64,000 nt of DNA from the NCBI GenBank assembly GCA_038231795.1, contig JBBRKR010000004.1, positions 68,651 to 132,650 of the forward strand. Direction: 5' to 3'. The position numbers were made by a program, and so were the translations under genes. The notes below the pieces were generated by a model. The model was not told the origin of the DNA and searched no databases. It was given only the letters and a program-made list of their open reading frames with translations. Source of the DNA: Acidimicrobiales bacterium (GTDB lineage Bacteria; Actinomycetota; Acidimicrobiia; Acidimicrobiales; JBBRKR01). Below, one piece after another: positions 29,048 to 38,024 of this stretch; within the stretch, counting starts at the first letter, position 1; every line of letters begins with the position of its first letter.

Positions 29048-31030
29048 TCACGAACGAGCGGCGATCTCGGCCGTAGCCCGAGCCACAAAATCAGCAAGCG
29101 GCACACCTCGCTCGACTTCGCCGCCTCTCGGGTTCACGCCCACCGATTTCCCGGCCACATCGTCGTCGCCGACCACCAGTATGTACGGAATTTTCTGTGT
29201 TTTCGCTTTTCGAATCCGATTGCCCAGCTTCTCATCGGCGGCATCAATTTCAACGCGCACACCAGCCGATTTGAGCGTGGAAGTTACTGACGCCGCGTAC
29301 TCTTCGTGAGCCTCAGTGACCGCCAACACGGATACCTGTACAGGCGCCAGCCACATGGGGAATGCACCGGCGAAGTGTTCTACCAATACGCCGAAGAACC
29401 GTTCCACAGAGCCGAAAAGGGCCCGATGCAACATGATTGGCCGATGGGGTTTGTTGTCGGCACCTACGTACTCCAAATCGAATCGTTCGGGAAGGTTGAA
29501 GTCGTACTGAATTGTGGACAGCTGCCACTTACGACCAATGGCGTCTTGCACCTTGATGTCGATCTTGGGGCCGTAAAATGCGGCCCCACCTTCATCGACT
29601 GTAAACGGAATTTCTTCGGATACCAAGGCCTCGCGCAGGAACTCTGTGGCGTTGGCCCAACCTTCATCTGTGCCCACCGATTTTTTGGGATCGCGTGTCG
29701 ACAGCATGGCTTCGAATGAGTCAAAGCCAAACGCCCGCAACACTGAGGTAACGAATGCCAATAGGCCTTTGATTTCGCCACCTGCTTGTTCTTGGGTGCA
29801 GAAAATATGGCTGTCATCTTGCGTGAACCCACGAATGCGCAGCAACCCGTGAAGGGTGCCCGCCCGCTCGTAGCGATACACCGTCCCCAGCTCAAACAAA
29901 CGCACAGGTAGCTCGCGATAACTGCGATGCCGGCTGCGATAAATCAACGTGTGCATTGGGCAGTTCATGGGCTTGGGGTAGTACACCCCATTGTCCATTT
30001 CCATCGGCGGATACATGCCGTCTGCATAGAAGTCGAGATGTCCAGATGTCTGAAAAAGTCTTGCGTTAGCCAGGTGAGGGGTGAATACGAAGTCGTAGCC
30101 ACCATTCTCGTGACGGTCCCGGCTGTAGTCCTCCATGTGTTTGCGAATCAACGCACCCTTGGGGTGCCATACGCACAATCCGCCACCCAACTCCTCCGGG
30201 AAACTCAAAAGGTCGAGTTCGACGGCCAGTTTGCGATGGTCGCGTTTGGCGGCCTCTTCTAGCCGTACTAGGTGCTCGGTGAGCTCTGTTTTGGTAGCCC
30301 AAGCCGTGCCATAAATACGTTGCAGCATGGGGCCTTTCTCGTTACCTCGCCAGTAGGCACCAGCCACCTTCATGAGCTTGAAATGACCCAGTTTCGCGGT
30401 CGATGGCACGTGGGGGCCAAGACATAAATCCACGAACGAATCACTGTTGCGATACACGCTGACCACGCCGTCGCTACTCACCTCGCCAGAATCCACTGCA
30501 TCGGCAGCGGCCGACGCGGCACGCTCAATGATCTCGCATTTGTAGGGCTGATCGCCGAAGAGCGCCATCGCATCGGCAGCCGACATGTCGGACCGCACGA
30601 ATGGTTGATCAGCCTTCACAATTTCGGTCATACGGGCCTCAATGCGCTCGAGGTCTGTTTCAGAGAATGTGCCCTTGTTGGGCAGTTCAAAGTCGTAGTA
30701 AAAGCCATCCTCAATCGCTGGACCAATGGAGAATTTCGCCCCCGGCCACAGCTGGATCACCGCTTGAGCCAACACATGGGCCGTGGAGTGTCGCAAAACA
30801 TGCCGGCCACCATCGGACTCTGCTGTGATAATCGAGACCACTGCCCCATCGGCCAACGGCCTGGTCAGATCCCATTCCTCACCATTCACAACAGCGGCGA
30901 CAGCGGCTTTGGCTAGGCCACGGCCGATCGAGGCGGCCAGGTCACCAGCGGTGGCGCCGTCATCGAGTGATCGCTGCGAGCCGTCGGGAAGGGAAATGAG
31001 CAATGACATGCCGCCAGGGTAATGGCCCAC
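29048..31030 (-). CDS. thrS: threonine--tRNA ligase
   Basis: 660-aa ORF with a TGS domain, editing-domain HSTAHVLAQA, and class II core YRYERAGTLHGLLRIRGFTQDDSHIF. True start may be the ATG at 31009 (MSLLISLPDG). Confidence 0.95.
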   Translation of the reverse strand: MGHYPGGMSLLISLPDGSQRSLDDGATAGDLAASIGRGLAKAAVAAVVNGEEWDLTRPLADGAVVSIITAESDGGRHVLRHSTAHVLAQAVIQLWPGAKFSIGPAIEDGFYYDFELPNKGTFSETDLERIEARMTEIVKADQPFVRSDMSAADAMALFGDQPYKCEIIERAASAAADAVDSGEVSSDGVVSVYRNSDSFVDLCLGPHVPSTAKLGHFKLMKVAGAYWRGNEKGPMLQRIYGTAWATKTELTEHLVRLEEAAKRDHRKLAVELDLLSFPEELGGGLCVWHPKGALIRKHMEDYSRDRHENGGYDFVFTPHLANARLFQTSGHLDFYADGMYPPMEMDNGVYYPKPMNCPMHTLIYRSRHRSYRELPVRLFELGTVYRYERAGTLHGLLRIRGFTQDDSHIFCTQEQAGGEIKGLLAFVTSVLRAFGFDSFEAMLSTRDPKKSVGTDEGWANATEFLREALVSEEIPFTVDEGGAAFYGPKIDIKVQDAIGRKWQLSTIQYDFNLPERFDLEYVGADNKPHRPIMLHRALFGSVERFFGVLVEHFAGAFPMWLAPVQVSVLAVTEAHEEYAASVTSTLKSAGVRVEIDAADEKLGNRIRKAKTQKIPYILVVGDDDVAGKSVGVNPRGGEVERGVPLADFVARATAEIAARS

Positions 31031-31080
31031 ACCATTTCAACCTCGCAAATTGTGGGCCCATGCCGATTTTGGCAAGCTCG

Positions 31081-31791
31081 TCAGGCGATTTTTGCTAGCT
31101 CGGCAGGCAGTGCCTCGGCCTTTTTTGTGGCGTACTCGTGAACATACACCTGGTCCGTCAGCTCACGGATTTGGTACATCAATTCGTCGGTTATCGAACG
31201 CAATAACAACGGGTTGTCGTTACCGTGGCGGCGACGATGACGATCCACATCGATCGGTGCGCCAATTTTGATGGTTGCCCGTTTGAATGGCCTCGGCATA
31301 CGGGCGTCAGGTGGTTGTATTTCGCGTGTACCCACTATGCCGATCGGGATAATCGGGGAATTCGTTCGTAACGCCAATCGGGCAGCACCGGTGTGGCCTT
31401 TGTACAAAAGTCCCGTCCGCGAGCGAGTGCCCTCGGGAAAAATCCCAAACAGCTGGTTGCGTTCGAGCACCTGCTGAGCCGCACTTAGGGCCGCTTCGGC
31501 AGAATCGCCACCCGATCGATCAATAGGAATCATCCCGACGGCCGGAAAGAGGTATTTCGTCTGCCAAGAATCCATGTATTCCGCTTTACCTACAAACGTG
31601 ATTTGGCGCGGCAGTCGCATGAGCAAAAACGCCGAATCGAGAAAGCTCACATGATTCGGGCACAAAACAGCGCCGCCGTGAGCTGGGAGGTTTTCCAGCC
31701 CTTCAAACTTGATGCGCCAAAACGCATGGGTAAGCGGCTTGCCGATTGCTCTGGCAAGTTTGTAACCCCGGCCGATCTGCGCGTTGCCCAT
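31081..31791 (-). CDS. 1-acyl-sn-glycerol-3-phosphate acyltransferase (PlsC family)
   Basis: H-x4-D motif CPNHVSFLDS and FPEGTRS. Confidence 0.85.
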   Translation of the reverse strand: MGNAQIGRGYKLARAIGKPLTHAFWRIKFEGLENLPAHGGAVLCPNHVSFLDSAFLLMRLPRQITFVGKAEYMDSWQTKYLFPAVGMIPIDRSGGDSAEAALSAAQQVLERNQLFGIFPEGTRSRTGLLYKGHTGAARLALRTNSPIIPIGIVGTREIQPPDARMPRPFKRATIKIGAPIDVDRHRRRHGNDNPLLLRSITDELMYQIRELTDQVYVHEYATKKAEALPAELAKIA

Positions 31792-31866
31792 ACCCGCGCA
31801 TTCTTACCTAGTTGGTCGCCCTCCGCATGCGCGCACGGCGATTTTCACCGGCCGCTAACAGTTTGC

Positions 31867-33000
31867 TCAATGAAATATGATGCCGAGCAGCTCAGCAGCG
31901 GCCACAACGTCGTATCCAATGGCTGCACCCTGATCGATGGCAGCAACCGCTCCGGGGCCATCAAGATCATTGTCAAGACATGCTCGAACCTCATCGAGCA
32001 CGTTGCCGCCAACACCATGGCGACCAGAAATCCACCTATGCAGGCGAGCTGTAGCTTCGGGCATGAGGTCGTTGTTCCATTCCCATTCGTCGCGGTAGTG
32101 CTTGTTCAAAATCACTAGGCGAATAGCGCGGGCGTCCCACTCCTTGCGCAACTCACTCACGAACACCAAGTTGCCAAGACTCTTCGACATTTTTTCGCCG
32201 TCCATGCTGACCATGGCGATGTGCATCCAGTGCTTCACAAATGGCGCACCGGTGGCCGCTTCGGATTGAGCGCGCTCACATTCATGGTGGGGAAAAATGA
32301 GGTCTGATCCCCCGCCGTGCAGATCGATGGTGGGTCCCAAATCACGAAGCGCCAAGGCAGAGCATTCGATGTGCCAGCCGGGCCGCCCTGGACCCCATGG
32401 GGTGTCCCAGCTTGGTTCGTCGGCGGCGCTTGGATGCCAGAGAACAAAATCCAGCGGATGGCGTTTGTTGGGGTCGTCCACGTTGCCACCGCGCTGGCGG
32501 GCGTAGTCAAGCATTTGCTCCTGCGAGTAGTTACTGATCTCGCCAAATGTCGTGATGGTACTGATGTCGAAATAAACGCTCCCGCCCGCCACGTAGGCGT
32601 TTCCCGCTTGGATGACGCCGGCGATGAGCTTGCGAATTTCCGAGATCGCCGACGAGGCACGGGGCTCCGAAAACACGGGAAGATTGTTGAGAGCAATCAT
32701 GTCGCTATTGAATCGAGCCTCTTCGGCAGCCGCCAGATCCAGATAATGAACGCCGAGCTGGCGGGCCTTAGCGAACAAGGGATCATCCACATCGGTGACG
32801 TTGCGTACGCACTTAATGGTGTGTCCACGATCGATCAGGCGGCGTTGTAGTACGTCATATTGGGTGTATACCGTGGCGTGCCCAAAATGGGTGGCGTCAT
32901 ATGGGGTAATCCCGCACGTGTACATCAGCACTTCAGCGCTGGGCGTGAAATCGACGATTTCGCGGCGTGCCGTATCGAACAGACGCATGTGTTGATTCAC
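31867..33000 (-). CDS. mshC: L-cysteine:1D-myo-inositol 2-amino-2-deoxy-alpha-D-glucopyranoside ligase (mycothiol ligase)
   Basis: CGITPYDATHFGHATVY, NVTDVDDPLF, GRPGWHIECSA, GGGSDLIFPHHE and KMSKSLGN. Short CysRS-like length, as expected for MshC rather than CysS. Confidence 0.85.
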   Translation of the reverse strand: MNQHMRLFDTARREIVDFTPSAEVLMYTCGITPYDATHFGHATVYTQYDVLQRRLIDRGHTIKCVRNVTDVDDPLFAKARQLGVHYLDLAAAEEARFNSDMIALNNLPVFSEPRASSAISEIRKLIAGVIQAGNAYVAGGSVYFDISTITTFGEISNYSQEQMLDYARQRGGNVDDPNKRHPLDFVLWHPSAADEPSWDTPWGPGRPGWHIECSALALRDLGPTIDLHGGGSDLIFPHHECERAQSEAATGAPFVKHWMHIAMVSMDGEKMSKSLGNLVFVSELRKEWDARAIRLVILNKHYRDEWEWNNDLMPEATARLHRWISGRHGVGGNVLDEVRACLDNDLDGPGAVAAIDQGAAIGYDVVAAAELLGIIFH

Positions 33001-33656
33001 GTCGTTTTGATGCCGTTCAGTTTGGGAGCAACACGAGTCTTATAACGCACGTTGAGTTGAAGTAGCACGGCAGTGAACGCCTCAATGGCAGTGGCATTCG
33101 ACAGTTCTCCAGCGTCAAGCGGGCGGCACCCGGGAATTTTGCGGACAATTTCGCTGACTTCGTTGGTCGCATCTGGGTCGTCCGAGCAGATCAAAACATC
33201 GGAGTCGATCGGCTCGCCGAGGTGGCCGAGCTCGGTCGCAGGCAGGTGATGAAACGCGGCCACAACACGACACGATGGGACTGCAGCTTGGACGTGCGCA
33301 GCCACTGAACCACGTGGCGGCAACAACGGCTGGAACTCAGACCCCACGCGCACCAGCGCGTTCGCCATCGAAATCACGATCTTGCCCCGAAGCTGTGGCT
33401 CCAATGACCGAGCGGTTGTGGCCGCGGAATCCCATGGGGTAGCCAGCACGATCAGATCACATTCGGCAGCAGCCAGGTTGTCGCCATAACCGACGCTCAA
33501 CGTGGCATCCGGCCAGCGCTCTAGGACACTATCGCGGGCTTCGAGTGCTTTGTATTTGGAGCGAGATCCAATGATCACGTCGTATCCCACCGACGCTAAA
33601 CGAGCGCCAAGCGCCGTGCCCGCAGGACCAGTTCCACCAACAATTCCAATGCGCAT
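32997..33656 (-). CDS. NADPH-dependent F420 reductase-like oxidoreductase
   Basis: MRIGIVGGTGPAGTALGARLASVGYDVIIGSRS Rossmann N-terminus, typical of the NpdG family. Start set at the ATG at 33656. Confidence 0.7.
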   Translation of the reverse strand: MRIGIVGGTGPAGTALGARLASVGYDVIIGSRSKYKALEARDSVLERWPDATLSVGYGDNLAAAECDLIVLATPWDSAATTARSLEPQLRGKIVISMANALVRVGSEFQPLLPPRGSVAAHVQAAVPSCRVVAAFHHLPATELGHLGEPIDSDVLICSDDPDATNEVSEIVRKIPGCRPLDAGELSNATAIEAFTAVLLQLNVRYKTRVAPKLNGIKTT

Positions 33657-33738
33657 GCGCCAACATTTGCACACTGCGCGAGCCAAGGCCGACTCGGGGT
33701 GACCATGCCCACCGCCATAGAGCGGCCATTATGGGGAC

Positions 33739-34719
33739 ATGGCGTTTTTTCTTCGGGTGCGTGGCTGGTTCGCGCACTCGTTCTGGCACATCGCCGGGTG
33801 GATGGCGATCGTGCCGTGCTCGTTGGTGCTGGTGTGCCGGTTCACGGGCTACATGCCCAGGACGTTGATCATCGGGCTTGTCGCAGTCACATTGATTGTG
33901 GTGCTCCCCGCCTATCTGGTACTTGTCGTTGCTGTGTTCGGCCGCCACCGCGTGCTCGCGATTGCCGCTGCTGCAGTATGTCTTGTGCACGCCGGACTTT
34001 TTTTCTCGCGACTGGGTTTTGGCGATGCGCCATCGCACACACCCGGCAGGGCCACAATTCGCGTTTTCGAAGCCAACGTGTTGTATCTCAACAAGGATCT
34101 CACCCAGATCGGCCGTGAAATTTCGATGGCGGCGCCCGATGTGTTGGTGATCGAAGAGCTGACGCCGCGCGGCCTCGCTCAGTTACGCGACAGTGGTGCG
34201 CTCAGCGCTTTCCCTTTTTCGGTGGAACGCGAGGAAAATAGCCCCTCCGGAACAGCCATCTTCGCCAAATGGCCGCTCGTGGATCGCCGTGATCCGCTGT
34301 ATACATTGAATGCGCTACTGGGGGCAACGTTGAAACACCCCAGCGGCGATATCGAGGTCTACTCGGTGCACGTCCACTCGCCGACCAGCAGCCGCCAATC
34401 GTGGGCCACACAACTCGCCGACCTCAAACGGCTGTTTGCCACGTACACGGGTAAGCCAACAATCATGGCCGGCGACTACAACGCAACCGTTGACCACAAA
34501 CCGCTTCGCGACCTACTTGATATTGGCGTGTTCGACGCCAATGAAGCTACCGGGCGGGAATTAGCTGGCTCGTGGCCGAACCACACCGCCCTGTGGCCAG
34601 TGATGTTGATCGATCACATCATCGTGACCGGCGGCATCAAACCGTTGCATACCTTTGAAGGGCAGGGCGTCGGAAGCGACCACCGTCCGCTGATTGCCGA
34701 CGTGGAGTTGCCTGGTTGA
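33739..34719 (+). CDS. endonuclease/exonuclease/phosphatase (EEP) family protein with N-terminal TM region
   Basis: About 3 N-terminal TM helices, then an EEP domain (IRVFEANVLYLN ... GSDHRPLIADVEL). Confidence 0.75.
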   Translation: MAFFLRVRGWFAHSFWHIAGWMAIVPCSLVLVCRFTGYMPRTLIIGLVAVTLIVVLPAYLVLVVAVFGRHRVLAIAAAAVCLVHAGLFFSRLGFGDAPSHTPGRATIRVFEANVLYLNKDLTQIGREISMAAPDVLVIEELTPRGLAQLRDSGALSAFPFSVEREENSPSGTAIFAKWPLVDRRDPLYTLNALLGATLKHPSGDIEVYSVHVHSPTSSRQSWATQLADLKRLFATYTGKPTIMAGDYNATVDHKPLRDLLDIGVFDANEATGRELAGSWPNHTALWPVMLIDHIIVTGGIKPLHTFEGQGVGSDHRPLIADVELPG

Positions 34720-34733
34720 GTACGGTTAGCGCC

Positions 34734-35504
34734 ATGGGAATTCTGGATGGCAAAAACCTACTGATCACCGGCGTCCTGACCGACGCGTCATTGGCATTTG
34801 GCGTGGCCGAGATGGCACAAAACCAAGGTGCCAACGTAATCTTGACCGGAGCAGGGCGCGGACTGTCGCTCACCCAACGCACGGCGCGCAAGCTTCCCCG
34901 CCCCGCAGAAGTGTTCGAGTTAGATGTCACGAACGATGAACAACTGGGCGCCATTGCCGGTCTGATCGGCCAGCATTGGGACCATGTTGATGGCGTGTTG
35001 CATGCCATTGGCTTTGCTCCCGCCGCCTGTTTGGGTGGCGATTTCATGGTCGCTCAATGGCCAGATGTGGCCACGGCGATGCAAATCTCGGCCTATTCGC
35101 TCAAGGCTCTCACCGAATCGGTTTTGCCTCTCATGACCACCCATGGCGGCAGCATTGTGGGTTTGGATTTCGACGCCACTGTGGCCTATCCCGCCTACGA
35201 CTGGATGGGCGTGTGTAAAGCGGCTCTTGAATCTTGCTCGCGGTATTTGGCCCGCGACCTTGGTAAGTATCAGATCCGAGTCAACATGGTGGCTGCCGGC
35301 CCTATTCGCACGATGGCTGCCAAATCGATACCTGGATTCTCGGCATTCGAAGACGCCTGGAATGGTCGTTCGCCGCTTGGCTGGGACGTCAATGATTCAT
35401 CTGCGGTAGCTAAAGCGTGCGTGGCCATGATGAGCGACTGGTTCCCTATGACCACTGGTGAAATGGTGCACGTCGACGGCGGCTATCACGCCATCGGGGC
35501 GTAG
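34734..35504 (+). CDS. fabI: enoyl-[acyl-carrier-protein] reductase (NADH), FabI/InhA type
   Basis: MGILDGKNLLITGVLTDASLAFGVAEMAQNQGANVILTG closely parallels the InhA N-terminus. Y...K catalytic region (YDWMGVCKAALES). Confidence 0.85.
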   Translation: MGILDGKNLLITGVLTDASLAFGVAEMAQNQGANVILTGAGRGLSLTQRTARKLPRPAEVFELDVTNDEQLGAIAGLIGQHWDHVDGVLHAIGFAPAACLGGDFMVAQWPDVATAMQISAYSLKALTESVLPLMTTHGGSIVGLDFDATVAYPAYDWMGVCKAALESCSRYLARDLGKYQIRVNMVAAGPIRTMAAKSIPGFSAFEDAWNGRSPLGWDVNDSSAVAKACVAMMSDWFPMTTGEMVHVDGGYHAIGA

Positions 35505-35542
35505 CGCTTCATGCGCCTACGGGTATTTGAACAGACTGTTCA

Positions 35543-35884
35543 TTAGTCGGCGAAGTACTTTGGATTGGCCACCGCGAGCTTGTCGGCCACGCTCAGTTTG
35601 ACCGAGGCCAACACCTCTGTCCATCGGTCATCGAGCTCGCCACTACGAATTGCGTGTGCCAATTCTGCGTCGGAAGTGCATCCGAATTGAGCCAGCCGCC
35701 CTATGTGCTCGGCGTTATGAACTTCGCCGCTTTCAAGTTCACGTTCCACTATTTTGAGGACATTGATGGCCACTCTGGTGTGAAAATTCACACGTCCTTG
35801 CGTCGATGCCATCACATCTAATTCGAGAAATTCTCGAACGGCTTCGACCAATTGCGAAGCGCTGGGGACGTCATGAACTGTCAC
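35543..35884 (-). CDS. small conserved hypothetical protein paired with the upstream phosphotransferase (DUF6285-like, name tentative)
   Basis: 113-aa ORF overlapping the stop of the phosphotransferase gene by 4 nt. SASQLVEAVREFLE N-terminus. Confidence 0.55.
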   Translation of the reverse strand: MTVHDVPSASQLVEAVREFLELDVMASTQGRVNFHTRVAINVLKIVERELESGEVHNAEHIGRLAQFGCTSDAELAHAIRSGELDDRWTEVLASVKLSVADKLAVANPKYFAD

Positions 35885-36867
35885 GACAAAAGCTCCAGAA
35901 GGTCATATTCGTTTTCGCACACTCGACGGCCAATCGCTGCCAATTCCACCGAACGACGGAGCCCGGTGAGGTGAGCGTTGGTCTGCATGATGCACATAAT
36001 CCCCCACTTGAGCGTGCCCAAAATTTCCCACCAACGCACAACATCTGGATCGACTGCCATACCGGAAGCTTCGCGGTAGGAGTCGAAGAGTGTTTGATAT
36101 TCGCCAAGCCCTGCCACGGGTGCTCTGCCACCGAATCGCCATGCCCGCACACACAGCCAACCGAGATCTTCCATGGGGTCACCCAAGTGCGCCAATTCCC
36201 AGTCGATGATCGCCGCCAATCCTTCATTGCCGACGATTACGTTGCCGAGCCGCAAATCGCCGTGCACGAGTGACGCCTCTCGTGCCGGTGGCTTGTTGCC
36301 GGCGAGGTATTTGAATCCCAGCTCAAAAGCGGGATGGGCGTAGCCGAGCGTGTCGAGCACCAAGCGGTAATTCTCGACCTGATCAACCTCCGCCAAGTGA
36401 CCGACCTGCGACGTGGGAACGGCGTGCAATTTCGCAGCCGCCCGACCCAAATCACCCACCAGATTTTGCCGAGCAACTGCGAATTGGGGGTCGCGTTGAA
36501 TCTTGCGAGCAATAGTTTCACCGGCCACGAACGAGGTGAGCAGAAACGGCGCGCCGAGCACCTCCACGCCGCCATCACAGGCGTACATATGGGCCACTGG
36601 CACCCCGGCAGCTTCGACTGCTGCCAACACGGCTCCCTCGGCCTTCATCCCCGCCCCAGAGCCTCCCGCTCCTTCCAGCACAACACGGCCTCGCTGCAAA
36701 ATCATCTCATGCTCTACGCCGTCGGCAACAGCAACACATCGCCACGTCTCCCGACTGGCACCGCCCGACAGTTGTGTCAAGGTCGTGAGCTCGATATCCG
36801 ACTTTTCCAGGGCAAGAGCAACAACTGGCAAGAGCCGATCACGCAGGTCACTTGGTGGATGGGTCAC
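35881..36867 (-). CDS. phosphotransferase family protein (APH/choline kinase fold)
   Basis: Catalytic HGDLRLGNVIV and IDWELAHLGDP motifs. Confidence 0.8.
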   Translation of the reverse strand: MTHPPSDLRDRLLPVVALALEKSDIELTTLTQLSGGASRETWRCVAVADGVEHEMILQRGRVVLEGAGGSGAGMKAEGAVLAAVEAAGVPVAHMYACDGGVEVLGAPFLLTSFVAGETIARKIQRDPQFAVARQNLVGDLGRAAAKLHAVPTSQVGHLAEVDQVENYRLVLDTLGYAHPAFELGFKYLAGNKPPAREASLVHGDLRLGNVIVGNEGLAAIIDWELAHLGDPMEDLGWLCVRAWRFGGRAPVAGLGEYQTLFDSYREASGMAVDPDVVRWWEILGTLKWGIMCIMQTNAHLTGLRRSVELAAIGRRVCENEYDLLELLS

Positions 36868-36909
36868 CGCTGCAATCTACGCGTCGCCTCACCACGGCGC
36901 GCCGTTGGA

Positions 36910-37992
36910 CTAGCAGTACTTGCTAATCGTTTCGAAGGGATCGATTTTGCCGTTGGGGGTGCGGATCTCGAAATGAAGATGGGTACCGGATCCCTTGGCA
37001 TCGCCGTCGTCGCCCACGTAACCAATCACAGTGCCCGCCTTCACAAAACCATCTGGACCTTCGTAGCCCTCCAGATGTGTTCCGAAATACACGTTGCCGT
37101 CGACACCACGCAAGAAGAACGACCGGCCGCCAACGTTGACTGAACGATGTTGCACATCGCCATCCACGACAGCCACCACTGGTGTGCCTCGAGGGGCAAA
37201 CATGTCATTGCCTTGATGACGCCAACCTTGTGGCCTTGGCTCGCCATAATCGTCGGAGAACGCCACGGGGCCTTGCACGGGGCACACCCATTCCCCACCG
37301 CCACCAATGATGATCGGAGGAGAAGGTTGGCTTGCCCCGCCACCCGAAGAGTTGCCACTGCCTGACGAGCTACCGCTGCTCCCCGAATTCGAAGGACCGC
37401 TCTCGGCTGCCGCCCGACGCGCTGCCGCTTCCTTGGCGGCCGCTTGGCGTTGACGCTCGGCTTCATCGGCACGACGTTGCTGCGCCAGTTCAAGACCGGC
37501 CAGCTCAGTTTCGACTTCAGCCTGGCGTTCTCCAAGCAAGAATTCGTTGTTGGCCTCTTCGCGTTTCAGGTCGGCCAATCTTTTCTCCCGACGGTCGCGA
37601 TCGGCCGTGAGAGCCTTAAATTCCGAGACCGATTCTGCGGACTGTGATCCAACTACTTCGAGCAACACATCCCGGCGGGCGCCCTTTGTGAGGTCGTCGG
37701 TGGCCAACACGCTCGCCCCTGAGCCGCCGCGCACGTATTGGTTCACCAACGTATTGCGAACCGAATCACGAATCTCAGCCACCCGGGCGTCGACCGTCTT
37801 TTGTTGAGATTCCAGTTCTGCAATTTGCTGGGCCAACACACCGCCCCTATTTTCGGCGGCGGCTCGCTCTCGTGCCGCCTGAGCAGCCCGGTTTCGGGCA
37901 TCTGATACGCCTCCATCATCGGCGTGGGCGATACCGGGTGTCCACACGAAACCAAGCGCGACGACAAGACATATGACAGCAAAACGGCGCAT
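36910..37992 (-). CDS. M23 family metallopeptidase with N-terminal coiled coil (paralogue 2)
   Basis: Signal peptide MRRFAVICLVVALGFVWTPGIAHA, coiled coil, Ser/Gly linker, and M23 core HQGNDMFAPRGT...GSGTHLHFEI. The C-terminus ...ETISKYC resembles paralogue 1 (...STLTQYC). Confidence 0.85.
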   Translation of the reverse strand: MRRFAVICLVVALGFVWTPGIAHADDGGVSDARNRAAQAARERAAAENRGGVLAQQIAELESQQKTVDARVAEIRDSVRNTLVNQYVRGGSGASVLATDDLTKGARRDVLLEVVGSQSAESVSEFKALTADRDRREKRLADLKREEANNEFLLGERQAEVETELAGLELAQQRRADEAERQRQAAAKEAAARRAAAESGPSNSGSSGSSSGSGNSSGGGASQPSPPIIIGGGGEWVCPVQGPVAFSDDYGEPRPQGWRHQGNDMFAPRGTPVVAVVDGDVQHRSVNVGGRSFFLRGVDGNVYFGTHLEGYEGPDGFVKAGTVIGYVGDDGDAKGSGTHLHFEIRTPNGKIDPFETISKYC

Positions 37993-38024
37993 GAGTCGCC
38001 AAGGCTACCCCCTCACGTGGCACA

